Source: Pseudomonadota bacterium
Lineage (GTDB): Bacteria; Bdellovibrionota_B; Oligoflexia; Oligoflexales; CAIYRB01
Direction of reading: 5' to 3'
Assembly: GCA_031416315.1 (NCBI GenBank)
Contig: JANOTL010000068.1
Span: forward strand, 1-35,012
Length of the DNA: 35,012 bases
Shown here: in pieces, positions 1-7,947 of the stretch
Layout of the letters: the number at the start of each line of letters is the position of its first letter
How positions within the stretch are numbered: the first letter of the stretch is position 1
Made by a program: the position numbers and the translations under genes
The notes under the pieces: model-generated
Seen by the model: the letters and a program-made list of their open reading frames with translations, nothing else
Told to the model about the DNA's origin: nothing
The model's database searches: none

Positions 1-1
1 C

Positions 2-586
2 TGGGGGCTCGGCGAGTTGAAGCGCGACGCGGCCGTCACCTCCTGGCTGGCCGACTGGGAGACGCGCGCCCGCGTCGAGCCTTGGCTGCTCTACAATTTC
101 AGCTTGGCGCTCAGGCGCATGGGGCGGCGGGAAGAGGCGGCGCGGGTGAATCTGGCGGGAGCGCTCCACCCGGAAACAGATCACGCGAGCGTCAGTCATT
201 TGCTCTGGACGGCCCTGGAGAAAGGCACGCGCGGCGCAACGGACGAGGCGCGGGTGATGCTCGCGCAGGTCGAGACGAAGCCCGCCGACATGGACGAGCA
301 CGACCGCTTGGTCTTCGAGATGGCGACTGCGGCGCTGGCCTACGGCAGCGGCGGCGCGCGCGGGTATTGGCGCGCGACGCGGGCCCTGCGAAAACTGCGG
401 GGGTGGAAGCGCGGGTTCGCGAAGCTCAGCTTTTACGACCAGGAATTCCGCGCTGCGGTGCGTCGGCTCGGAGTGCGGAGCGGACGGCTGTGCGACTATG
501 ACTCGCGGCTCGAGGGTTACCGGCTCGGGTTGGGAGTGCTTTGGGTGGTGGCGCTCGTCCAGCTCGTGAGCTTTTTGAGCGGCTGA
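2..586 (+). CDS. C-terminal part of a TPR-like helical protein with a C-terminal hydrophobic segment (5'-truncated by the window edge)
   Basis: Frame is open from the window start to TGA at 584-586. Contains a TPR-like 'WLLYNFSLALRRMGRREEA' and a hydrophobic tail 'LGLGVLWVVALVQLVSFL'. Confidence 0.6.
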   Translation, partial: WGLGELKRDAAVTSWLADWETRARVEPWLLYNFSLALRRMGRREEAARVNLAGALHPETDHASVSHLLWTALEKGTRGATDEARVMLAQVETKPADMDEHDRLVFEMATAALAYGSGGARGYWRATRALRKLRGWKRGFAKLSFYDQEFRAAVRRLGVRSGRLCDYDSRLEGYRLGLGVLWVVALVQLVSFLSG

Positions 587-622
587 AGAAGGAAGCTGGC
601 TCCGGGTCCTAATCTGCTCCAC

Positions 623-1540
623 TCAAGGACTGCGAACGTTGACCATTCCGTCGGAAAAACTGAGGTCCGAGCCCGGCTTGTCGACACCCAGCTGACCGTA
701 GGTGTTCGCGCCGTAGCAATCGATGCGTCCGTCACGGCGCAAGGCGCAGGCGTGCTCGTCGCCGACAGCGACGCCGACGTAGTCGTCTCTTTGGCTGACT
801 TGGCGCGCTTTCGCTTTCGTCGCGTCGGGGCCGCCATAGGTCGGAACGAGCTCGCCCCAGCAAAAAAGCGCACCGCTGCGGAGCTCACAGTCGAGATCTT
901 TGTCTGCGGCCTTAGTGGCGATGCCGAAGGTCGCGGCCGTGCCGCCTTCCTTGACGCCGGTGCCGACCGTCTTCACGGCGGACCAGTCGGCCGCTTCGTC
1001 GACCTGCTGCGGCGTGGCGTCGTCGACCTTGCGCTCGGGACCGAGATCGGCCAGGCCCCAACACCAAAGGGTGCGATCGTCGCGGACGGCGCAGGTGGCG
1101 CCGGTGCTGACGGCGACGGAACGGTAGCTGCCTGAGACTTTCACGAAGGTGCCGACGCTTTCGCCCTCGTTCCCGAGCTGGCCGCGGTTATTGCGGCCGA
1201 CGCAGAAGAGGGCGCCGTCGCGCTTCAAGGCGCAAGTGTGGCCGGCGCCGGGAGCGACGTCTTGCACCTCGTCGAGCGGGCCGACCTGCATCGGGTGCAA
1301 TACGCGCAAGCTGCCGCCGAGGCCGAGGGATTGATGCGAGTTGTTGCCCCAGCACCAAAGGGTGCCGTCGATGCGGACGGCGCAAGTGCCGCTAGGGCTG
1401 GCACGGACGGCCGTGAACGGCAGGGCCGGTGCCTCGTCGACCGCCGCTTCGTCCTTCACGACGCCGACGCGCCGGGAGACGCAGGAGCTGGCGGTGATCA
1501 TGATGACGGCCAGGACGATGATTTTCGGGATGAGGCGCAT
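623..1540 (-). CDS. RCC1/BLIP-II repeat lipoprotein
   Basis: Repeated RCC1 motifs 'TCAVRIDGTLWCWGNN', 'HTCALKRDGALFCVGRNNRGQLG' and 'HACALRRDGRIDCYGANTYGQLG'. Signal peptide ends in a lipobox-like ASSC. Confidence 0.85.
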   Translation of the reverse strand: MRLIPKIIVLAVIMITASSCVSRRVGVVKDEAAVDEAPALPFTAVRASPSGTCAVRIDGTLWCWGNNSHQSLGLGGSLRVLHPMQVGPLDEVQDVAPGAGHTCALKRDGALFCVGRNNRGQLGNEGESVGTFVKVSGSYRSVAVSTGATCAVRDDRTLWCWGLADLGPERKVDDATPQQVDEAADWSAVKTVGTGVKEGGTAATFGIATKAADKDLDCELRSGALFCWGELVPTYGGPDATKAKARQVSQRDDYVGVAVGDEHACALRRDGRIDCYGANTYGQLGVDKPGSDLSFSDGMVNVRSP

Positions 1541-1584
1541 GGGAATTCCGCGTAGAGATCAGCTTGGAGAAGGGAACCGAGACC

Positions 1585-2757
1585 TTACTGGCGCTGGATT
1601 TTAACCGAGCGCGCGTCGAGCAGAGCTCCGTCCGCGGCGTAAGCCAGCAAGGTGACGACGCCGCCGTCCTGCGCCGCGAAAACGCTCGAGGAGCGGAAGA
1701 GCGTGCGGCCGTCTTTCGCCGCGCCGCCGCCGAAAGCGACGTCGGCCTTGTTCGAGACGGTGCACGTGGCTTTGTCGCCCAGGCAGATTGCGACGCGGAT
1801 GACATTCGCGCCGGCGCTGATCATGGCGTCGTAGCCGTCACCGCCCTTGTCGGCGCCGAGACCGAGGTAGAGACCGGAGGCATCGCCGGCGCTGGAGAAA
1901 AGGGCGTCGTCGAGGACGGAGGCTTCGGGCTCGGCGCGGTACTGCGGCGTGTGGCCGAACGCTTGCACGGTCTCGCTCTGCGTCTTCTCGACGAACTGGC
2001 GGATCGTCGCGCTCGGCGTCCCTTGCTTCATCTCGGCGAGCACGTTGCGCATGGTGTAAGTGAAGCCGCCGCCCATGCTCGAGCCGAGGTCGGCCGAAGT
2101 CTCGGACTTGCGGGATGCGGAGACGACGAGGAGTTGGTCGTAAAGCTTCGCCGAGGCGTAGCTCTTCGTGCCTTTTTTCGGCGAGAAAGCGTCGAGCATC
2201 GCGTTGGCCTGCGCCGAGGCTTGCGCTTCCGGGCTCGCGGAGGTGAGGCCGATGTTCGTCACTTGCTGCGTACCGTCGACCAAGTTGCCGCTGAAGCATG
2301 AGTCAGACATGACGATGAGACGCTTGATCGGGGTCGAGCGCGCCGCTTTCATGGCGCGGCCCACGTCGTTCCACGGGAGGAGGTTCTGGTCGACCGTGAA
2401 CATCTTGCCGCCGTCCTCGGCGCCGTGGCCGGAGTAATACCAAAAGAGGGTGCCGCTCGCGCCGACGTCGGCCGCGGCCTTGGCGGATTCCGACAGCAGG
2501 GCGGCGGAGGTGGCTTCGGGAATCACGCGCACCTCGAAGCCGAAGTCAAAGGCAGGGCTCTGGAACAGCGTCTTCAGCTCGTCGAGGTCGGTCGCGACGC
2601 CTTCGAGGCCGTTGGACGCGCCGAACATCAAGACGATGTTCTTGCCGGCGCGGTCGGCCGCGAGATCCTTCGTCGACGAGCCGCCTTCACGGACGCGGTC
2701 GCAACCAGTCGCAACGAGCATCGTGGCAAGGGTGCCGATCTTGAGCTTCGAGAGCAT
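1585..2757 (-). CDS. Caspase-family (peptidase C14, metacaspase-like) lipoprotein
   Basis: Catalytic motifs 'FWYYSGHG' and 'SDSCFSG', plus 'VSASRKSETSAD...GGGFT...QTPQ-like HTPQ'. Lipobox VATGC. ATG at 2757 is preceded by GGAG; GTG at 2763 is an alternative start. Confidence 0.85.
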   Translation of the reverse strand: MLSKLKIGTLATMLVATGCDRVREGGSSTKDLAADRAGKNIVLMFGASNGLEGVATDLDELKTLFQSPAFDFGFEVRVIPEATSAALLSESAKAAADVGASGTLFWYYSGHGAEDGGKMFTVDQNLLPWNDVGRAMKAARSTPIKRLIVMSDSCFSGNLVDGTQQVTNIGLTSASPEAQASAQANAMLDAFSPKKGTKSYASAKLYDQLLVVSASRKSETSADLGSSMGGGFTYTMRNVLAEMKQGTPSATIRQFVEKTQSETVQAFGHTPQYRAEPEASVLDDALFSSAGDASGLYLGLGADKGGDGYDAMISAGANVIRVAICLGDKATCTVSNKADVAFGGGAAKDGRTLFRSSSVFAAQDGGVVTLLAYAADGALLDARSVKIQRQ

Positions 2758-2795
2758 GCGCACTCCATCGTTCCGTTCTCTAGTGAGGACGACGT

Positions 2796-2811
2796 TTCAC
2801 GTTCCGTGCCA
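2796..2811 (-). promoter_or_regulatory. Possible sigma54 (-24/-12) promoter for the caspase-RCC1 genes
   Basis: Minus strand reads TGGCACGGAACGTGAA. The -24 box (TGGCACG) is perfect, but GA replaces the consensus GC at -12. Confidence 0.3.
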
Positions 2812-2900
2812 CGGCAACTGCGCCGAATATGCCAGTCTTTTCAGCGGGACAGACGCGCGGGTGGCAAGATCTTCGACACCTTCTGCTATAACGGGCGAGC

Positions 2901-3320
2901 ATGGTTCCGTACCGGAAATCCTTGATCGCGGCGGGCCCGACCGGCGAGGTGGCGCTGTCCAGCTGGTCCGCGGGCGTCTGGTGCGCGCCGCACGACCACG
3001 GCGTCGCGGGAACGCTCGTCTTGATCCTCGAGGGGAGCTTCATCGAGCGTCGCTATGCGTTTCGGGACGGCGCCCTTTGGGAGACGGGGGACCGGCCGCT
3101 GGCGCCGGGGCAAACGACGCGCCTCGCCAGCGGCGAGGTGCACGCGATGCTTGCGACCGAAAGCGGCCGAACGCTCCACCTCTACGCCCCCTACCCCGGT
3201 CCGATGCGAGTCTACGACGCCGCCGGAAAACGCACGCTGACCCTGGCCGAGACGGCGGGCGCCTGGCTGCCGGCCGATCCCGAGCAGGTGCTCGCGGTCG
3301 CTCCCTGGAATATGGGATGA
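2901..3320 (+). CDS. Cysteine dioxygenase-like (thiol dioxygenase family) cupin
   Basis: 'W..G...APHDH......LEG...E..Y', a third His in 'EVHAM', and 'TLHLYAP' matching the CDO 'SLHLYSPP' motif. N-terminal 'YRK' matches the CDO Y-x-R region. Confidence 0.75.
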   Translation: MVPYRKSLIAAGPTGEVALSSWSAGVWCAPHDHGVAGTLVLILEGSFIERRYAFRDGALWETGDRPLAPGQTTRLASGEVHAMLATESGRTLHLYAPYPGPMRVYDAAGKRTLTLAETAGAWLPADPEQVLAVAPWNMG

Positions 3321-3327
3321 TCGTCGG

Positions 3328-4656
3328 ATGAGAGTCATCTGGATCGGCTACACGACGCTTTACCGAGAGGGCGGCCCGAAATTCGCGCGCGCCGCGGAGA
3401 CGATGCGTCGCGCCAAAGAGGCGGAGGTCGCGACGCAGCACCCGAGGCCGGAAGTGCGCTGCGAGAAGATCGAGTCGAAGCTCGAGTTCGTGCAGGCGAT
3501 GGAGCGCATCAAAGCGGAAGGCCACGAGCTCGCCGAGCTGCATTTCATCGGCCACAGCGGCATGTACGGGCCGATGTTCCGCACCACCGCGATGCCGGAG
3601 CAGTTCAGCCCCTACGAGTGGCGAAACCTGGAGCTGCCGTTCGCGAAGGACGGCGAGGCCTTTTTCCATGCGTGCCGCACGGCGCGTTGGTTCGCGCCTT
3701 TTTTCGCGCGCACTTTTAAGGTGCCCACGCGCGGCTTCCACTGGTACACGACGGTCTCTCTCGACCCCGCTCAGTTCAAATGGGAGGGCCCGGGCGCGCC
3801 GCCCGACGCGCCGCTCTACATCATCGGCTGCAAGGGGAGGAAGTCGCACGGGGTGGCGGGCTCGGTGATGAAATACGCCGGGGTGGCGCCGGCCGAGGCG
3901 TTGAAACGCTTCCTGCCGGAGGATCCGCGCGGCGATCCGACATACGACGCGATCGCGCCGCTTTATGCCGAGGTCTTCGAGGACATCGGCGTGCGCGAGG
4001 TCGAATGGGGCTGGCTCTCCCGGCATTTCGACGCGGTGCCGGGAAAGCCACGCGTCTTGGACATCGGCTGCGGCAACGGCGCGCTTTTGCGTAAGCTCGC
4101 CGGCCGCATCACGGCCGGGACCGGCATCGACCTCTCGCCGGTGATGATCGATCTGGCAGCGAAGCGGGCGCAGGCCGAGCATCCGCATCTCCGGTTTCAG
4201 GCGGTTCGGGAGCCGAAGCTACCGTTTCCCGACGCCAGCTTCGACGTCGTCACGTCGCTCCTGTCCTTCCGCTACCTCGACTGGGACCCGATCATGAACG
4301 AAATCCGGCGCGTGCTCGCGCCCGGCGGTCGCATCATGGTCGTCGACATGGTGACGGCGCCCGTGCGCCTGCAGGAGATGCCGCAGTTGGCCGTTTCGAA
4401 GGTGCGCACGGTGATCGGCACGATGAAGCACAAGAGCTTTCATCGCGCCCTGCAGAAGCTGGTGTCCGATCCGCGATGGCAGACGATGCTGCAGTACAAT
4501 CCGATCCGCGCCGAGCACGAGCTGAAGTGGTACCTGGAGAGCCGTTTCCCCGGACGAGCCGTCGAGCGGCTCGACATCGGCGTGCACGCACGCGTCTTGG
4601 CCTTCGACTCGGGGCCCCTCGAGCCGGGGACCGTGCCGCCGCAGAGTTATCCGTGA
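3328..4656 (+). CDS. Two-domain protein: N-terminal caspase-like (clan CD) His/Cys domain + class I SAM-dependent methyltransferase
   Basis: The C-terminal half has 'RVLDIGCGNG', 'LPFPDASFDVV' and 'EIRRVLAPGG'. The N-terminal half has 'LHFIGHSG' (H76) and 'FFHACRT' (C116). Confidence 0.8.
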   Translation: MRVIWIGYTTLYREGGPKFARAAETMRRAKEAEVATQHPRPEVRCEKIESKLEFVQAMERIKAEGHELAELHFIGHSGMYGPMFRTTAMPEQFSPYEWRNLELPFAKDGEAFFHACRTARWFAPFFARTFKVPTRGFHWYTTVSLDPAQFKWEGPGAPPDAPLYIIGCKGRKSHGVAGSVMKYAGVAPAEALKRFLPEDPRGDPTYDAIAPLYAEVFEDIGVREVEWGWLSRHFDAVPGKPRVLDIGCGNGALLRKLAGRITAGTGIDLSPVMIDLAAKRAQAEHPHLRFQAVREPKLPFPDASFDVVTSLLSFRYLDWDPIMNEIRRVLAPGGRIMVVDMVTAPVRLQEMPQLAVSKVRTVIGTMKHKSFHRALQKLVSDPRWQTMLQYNPIRAEHELKWYLESRFPGRAVERLDIGVHARVLAFDSGPLEPGTVPPQSYP

Positions 4657-5417
4657 GGCTCGGGATCCTCGACTGGGGGATCGGGGGCGTCGGGTTTTAC
4701 GCCTTGGCGCGGGCGCGATTGCCTAAACTTTCGGTCGTTTATTGGTCGGACGCCGGGACGGTTCCTTACGGCAAGCAGCCGCCGGACGACCTGGCACGGC
4801 GCATCGTGGCGGTCGCCCGCTGGATGAAGCGCGAAGCCGGGGTCACCCATTTGGCGATCGCGTGCAATGCGGCAAGCTCGGTCTTGCCCACGATCGCGCT
4901 GGACGACGAGACGCTCCCGGAGATCACCGGAGTCATCGAGCACGGCGTGCGCGCCGCACTGCAGCGCACCGCGCCCGGTCAGGTCGTCGGCGTCGTCGGC
5001 GGGCGGCGCACGATCCTCTCCGGCGCGTATCGACGCGGGCTGCACGGGCGCACAGTGCTGCAAAGAGTGGCGCAGCCGATTTCCGCGCGGGTCGAGGCGG
5101 GCGATCTGAGCTCGGAGGGTCTCTTCCGCGAGCTGGACGGAATCATGGCGCCTTTGCGCGGCGTCGATCTGCTCGTCTTGGCTTGCACGCATTATCCGGC
5201 GCTCCGGGCGGCGTTCGCGGAGCGAGCTCCAGCGGCCGCAATCGTTGATCCGGCGGCGGAGCTTCTGGCTTGGGCATTAGAAGCTTGGCAGCTGGAGTCG
5301 GCGCCGGCCCGCGGCGAGCCGGACCGCGTGCTTACAACGGGAAACGTCCTATCGACGACGCGCGGGGCCTACCTGGCCTTCGCGATGGAGCTCGCCCCGG
5401 TATCGATAAGCTTCTGA
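4653..5417 (+). CDS. Glutamate racemase-like (Asp/Glu racemase family) protein with non-canonical motifs
   Basis: 'GILDWGIGG', 'SDAGTVPYGK', 'IACNAAS' and 'LACTHYP' retain both catalytic cysteines. GTG start overlaps the upstream stop (GTGA, 4653-4656). Confidence 0.8.
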   Translation: MRLGILDWGIGGVGFYALARARLPKLSVVYWSDAGTVPYGKQPPDDLARRIVAVARWMKREAGVTHLAIACNAASSVLPTIALDDETLPEITGVIEHGVRAALQRTAPGQVVGVVGGRRTILSGAYRRGLHGRTVLQRVAQPISARVEAGDLSSEGLFRELDGIMAPLRGVDLLVLACTHYPALRAAFAERAPAAAIVDPAAELLAWALEAWQLESAPARGEPDRVLTTGNVLSTTRGAYLAFAMELAPVSISF

Positions 5418-5476
5418 TTTTCCCGGTCGAAACAAAATGGTTCAAGGACTTGCCGGAAAGTGCCGCAAGAGAATCC

Positions 5477-5815
5477 ATGAGTCGACCCCTACCCATCGCG
5501 ATCCTGCTCCTCGCGCAAGCTTGCACGGTCACGCCGACCGATCGAGCGCGGGTGACGGACGTGCCGAAGCCCGCGGCGACCGAGGCGCCTACGGCGCAGA
5601 CCGAAGGACCGGAGCGCGGGGCGAAGACGAGCGTGCATTACATGGGCTCGTCGGCGCTCAGCGGCGGCGGGAGCAACGGCGGCAATGGCGCGGCGATCAG
5701 CGCGGCGGTCGCGGCCACCTTGATCATGGTCGATGCGGTGCTGAGCACTCTCGGCCGCGGCGACGCCGAACAAGGGCGGAAGCAGACGCCTGGGACGCCG
5801 GCGCCGGCAAAGTAG
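5477..5815 (+). CDS. Small hypothetical lipoprotein
   Basis: ATG at 5477 gives the signal 'MSRPLPIAILLLAQAC'. It fills the gap between the racemase and the convergent ilvE. Confidence 0.5.
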   Translation: MSRPLPIAILLLAQACTVTPTDRARVTDVPKPAATEAPTAQTEGPERGAKTSVHYMGSSALSGGGSNGGNGAAISAAVAATLIMVDAVLSTLGRGDAEQGRKQTPGTPAPAK

Positions 5816-5824
5816 CGGGGCGCC

Positions 5825-6742
5825 TCAGACGTACGTGAGCCAGCCCGAATAGCCTTCCGCGGCGCCGCGGGTGCACTTCTCGTACATCTCGGCGAACCGG
5901 CGCGTGATCACGCCCGGTTTGCCCCCGGCGAGCGCGTAGCCGTCGATCTCGGCGATCGGCGTGACCTCGGCCGCGGTGCCGGTGAAGAAAACCTCGTCGG
6001 CGACGTAGAGCTCGTTGCGCGTGATGGGGCGCTCGACGATCGGCAGCTGAAGGCGTTTCGCCATATCGAAAATGCAATCTCGGGTGATGCCTGGGAGGAC
6101 GGCGCCCAAAGGCGGCGTGGCGATCTGGCCGTTGCGGACGACGAAGATGTTCTCGCCGGAGCCCTCGGCGACAAAGCCCTGCTGGTCGAGGAGGATCGCC
6201 TCGTCCTTGCCGTTCAAGGTCGCCTCGCGACGCGCCATGATCGAGTTCAGATAGTTGCCCGAGAGCTTGGCCCAAGGAAGAGAGCTCGCCGGGTCGGGAC
6301 GGCGGAAGCTGGCGATGTGGACCTTGATGCCTTTGCTCAAGGAATCGGCGCCGAGATACTTGCCCCACTTCCAGGTGGCGATGGCGACGCTCATCGCCGG
6401 ATCCGGCGGCAACTTCAGGCCGCGCGTCTCGTTCCCGATGTAGGCGATCGGACGCACGTAGCATTCGTCGAAGTCGTTGCCTTTGATCACCGCGGCGGTG
6501 GCTTTGATCAGGTCCTCGGCGCTGAAACGGATGCGACCGCCGAAGACGGCGGCCGAGCGGAGGAAACGGTCGTAATGCTCGCGGGCCCGAAAAATCGCGG
6601 TGCGACCGTCATGGGTCTTGTAGGCGCGGATGCCCTCGAACGCGGCCGAGCCGTAGTGCAGGCTATGCGACAGCACGTGCACGCTGGCATTTTCGAAGGG
6701 CACGAGCTCGCCGTCCATCCAGATGACTTTGCTGTCGGCCAT
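5825..6742 (-). CDS. ilvE: Branched-chain amino acid aminotransferase (class IV PLP enzyme)
   Basis: 'IWMDGELVP', 'SHSLHYGSAAFEGIRAY', PLP lysine motif 'AKLSGNYLNS', 'EGSGENIF', 'LPGITR' and 'DEVFFTGTAAEVTPI'. Confidence 0.95.
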   Translation of the reverse strand: MADSKVIWMDGELVPFENASVHVLSHSLHYGSAAFEGIRAYKTHDGRTAIFRAREHYDRFLRSAAVFGGRIRFSAEDLIKATAAVIKGNDFDECYVRPIAYIGNETRGLKLPPDPAMSVAIATWKWGKYLGADSLSKGIKVHIASFRRPDPASSLPWAKLSGNYLNSIMARREATLNGKDEAILLDQQGFVAEGSGENIFVVRNGQIATPPLGAVLPGITRDCIFDMAKRLQLPIVERPITRNELYVADEVFFTGTAAEVTPIAEIDGYALAGGKPGVITRRFAEMYEKCTRGAAEGYSGWLTYV

Positions 6743-6745
6743 CGC

Positions 6746-6784
6746 GAGTCTCCCCGACTAGGTTTGGGCCTGTCGGGGAGACTC
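6746..6784 (-). promoter_or_regulatory. 13-bp perfect stem-loop overlapping the ilvE Shine-Dalgarno sequence
   Basis: GAGTCTCCCCGAC (6746-6758) and GTCGGGGAGACTC (6772-6784) are exact reverse complements. On the minus strand the 3' arm contains GGGGAG and ends 3 nt before the ilvE ATG. Confidence 0.65.
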
Positions 6785-6809
6785 TAGCCAAAGGGTCGAG
6801 CGGGCGCCA

Positions 6810-7808
6810 TTACTTCCGGAATTCGGCCGGATCGATCTGATGGCGCGAGCACAATCGGTAGAGATCCGTGCGGAATTTGCCCGCCAAACGGGCCGCTTCC
6901 GAAACGTTGCCCTGTGCGGCCTCCAGCAGCTCGATCAGGTAACGGCGCTCGAAGCGCGCCTTCTCGCTGGCGAAGCTGGCGGCGCCGAGGCGCACCGCGC
7001 GCGGCTCCGCCGGGAAGAAGTCGGCCGCGCCGAGCTGACCGTCAGGGCTGAGCACGACGGCGCGCTCGACCCGGTTCTGCAATTCGCGGACGTTCCCCGG
7101 CCAGTCGTAGCGCGTCAACCGGTCGATCGTGCCGCCGTCGTCCAACGCGAGATCGCGATGGTAGCGCTCCGCCATCTTGGTCACGAACGACTTGACGAGG
7201 AGCGGGATGTCCTCGCGCCGCTCGCGCAAAGGCGGCACGCGGATCTCCACGACGGAGACGCGGAAATAAAGGTCGGCGCGGAAATTCTTGCGCTCCACTT
7301 CGGCCAGGAGGTCCCGGTTGGTGGCCGTGATGATGCGCGCGTCCACCTTGACCGCCTCGCTGGCGCCGAGCGGCACGACGACGCGCTCCTGCAGAACGCG
7401 CAGGATCTTGCCTTGGAGGCCGATCGGAAGCTCGCCGAGCTCGTCGAGGAAGACGGTGCCGTCGCCGGCCAGCGCGAAGAGTCCCTTGCGGTCGGCCTTG
7501 GCGTCGGTGAAGGCGCCGCGCACGTGGCCGAAAAGCTGCGACTCGAGCAGGTGCTCTGGGATCGCCGCGCAGTTGATCGCCTCGAAACGCCGCCCACGCC
7601 GCGGCGAGAGCTCATGGAGCGCGCGGGCGACGAGCTCCTTGCCGACGCCGGACTCGCCGGTGATCATGACCGTCGTGTCGACGTCTTTCAAACGGTCGAT
7701 CTGCTCTGCCAATGAGAGCATCGCGGCGCTCGTCCCGATGAGGCCGGTACCTGCGAGATCAGGACGGGCCGTAGCGCCTTCAAAAGCCTTGTAAGGCAAC
7801 ATGTGCAT
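6810..7808 (-). CDS. Sigma54-dependent Fis-family transcriptional activator (bEBP) lacking an N-terminal sensory domain
   Basis: Walker A 'GESGVGKE', 'GAFTDA', Walker B 'FLDE', 'FRADLYFR', 'WPGNVRELQN' and C-terminal HTH 'GNVSEAARLAG'. Confidence 0.92.
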   Translation of the reverse strand: MHMLPYKAFEGATARPDLAGTGLIGTSAAMLSLAEQIDRLKDVDTTVMITGESGVGKELVARALHELSPRRGRRFEAINCAAIPEHLLESQLFGHVRGAFTDAKADRKGLFALAGDGTVFLDELGELPIGLQGKILRVLQERVVVPLGASEAVKVDARIITATNRDLLAEVERKNFRADLYFRVSVVEIRVPPLRERREDIPLLVKSFVTKMAERYHRDLALDDGGTIDRLTRYDWPGNVRELQNRVERAVVLSPDGQLGAADFFPAEPRAVRLGAASFASEKARFERRYLIELLEAAQGNVSEAARLAGKFRTDLYRLCSRHQIDPAEFRK

Positions 7809-7847
7809 GACGATTCCCCCAGTAAGTGCCGTATCGCTGCGCCTCTT

Positions 7848-7863
7848 TGCACAAGGCTTGCCA
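7848..7863 (-). promoter_or_regulatory. Sigma54 (-24/-12) promoter upstream of the bEBP gene
   Basis: Minus strand TGGCAAGCCTTGTGCA has exact GG-N10-GC spacing and lies 40 nt upstream of the ATG. An AT-rich tract (about 7874-7895) is just upstream. Confidence 0.6.
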
Positions 7864-7947
7864 AGGCCCCGACAAAACTTTATTTGTGTTTTTAACGGGT
7901 TATCGGGTGATCGAATTGAGCTAGGCCGCAGGACTGGAGTTTAACTG

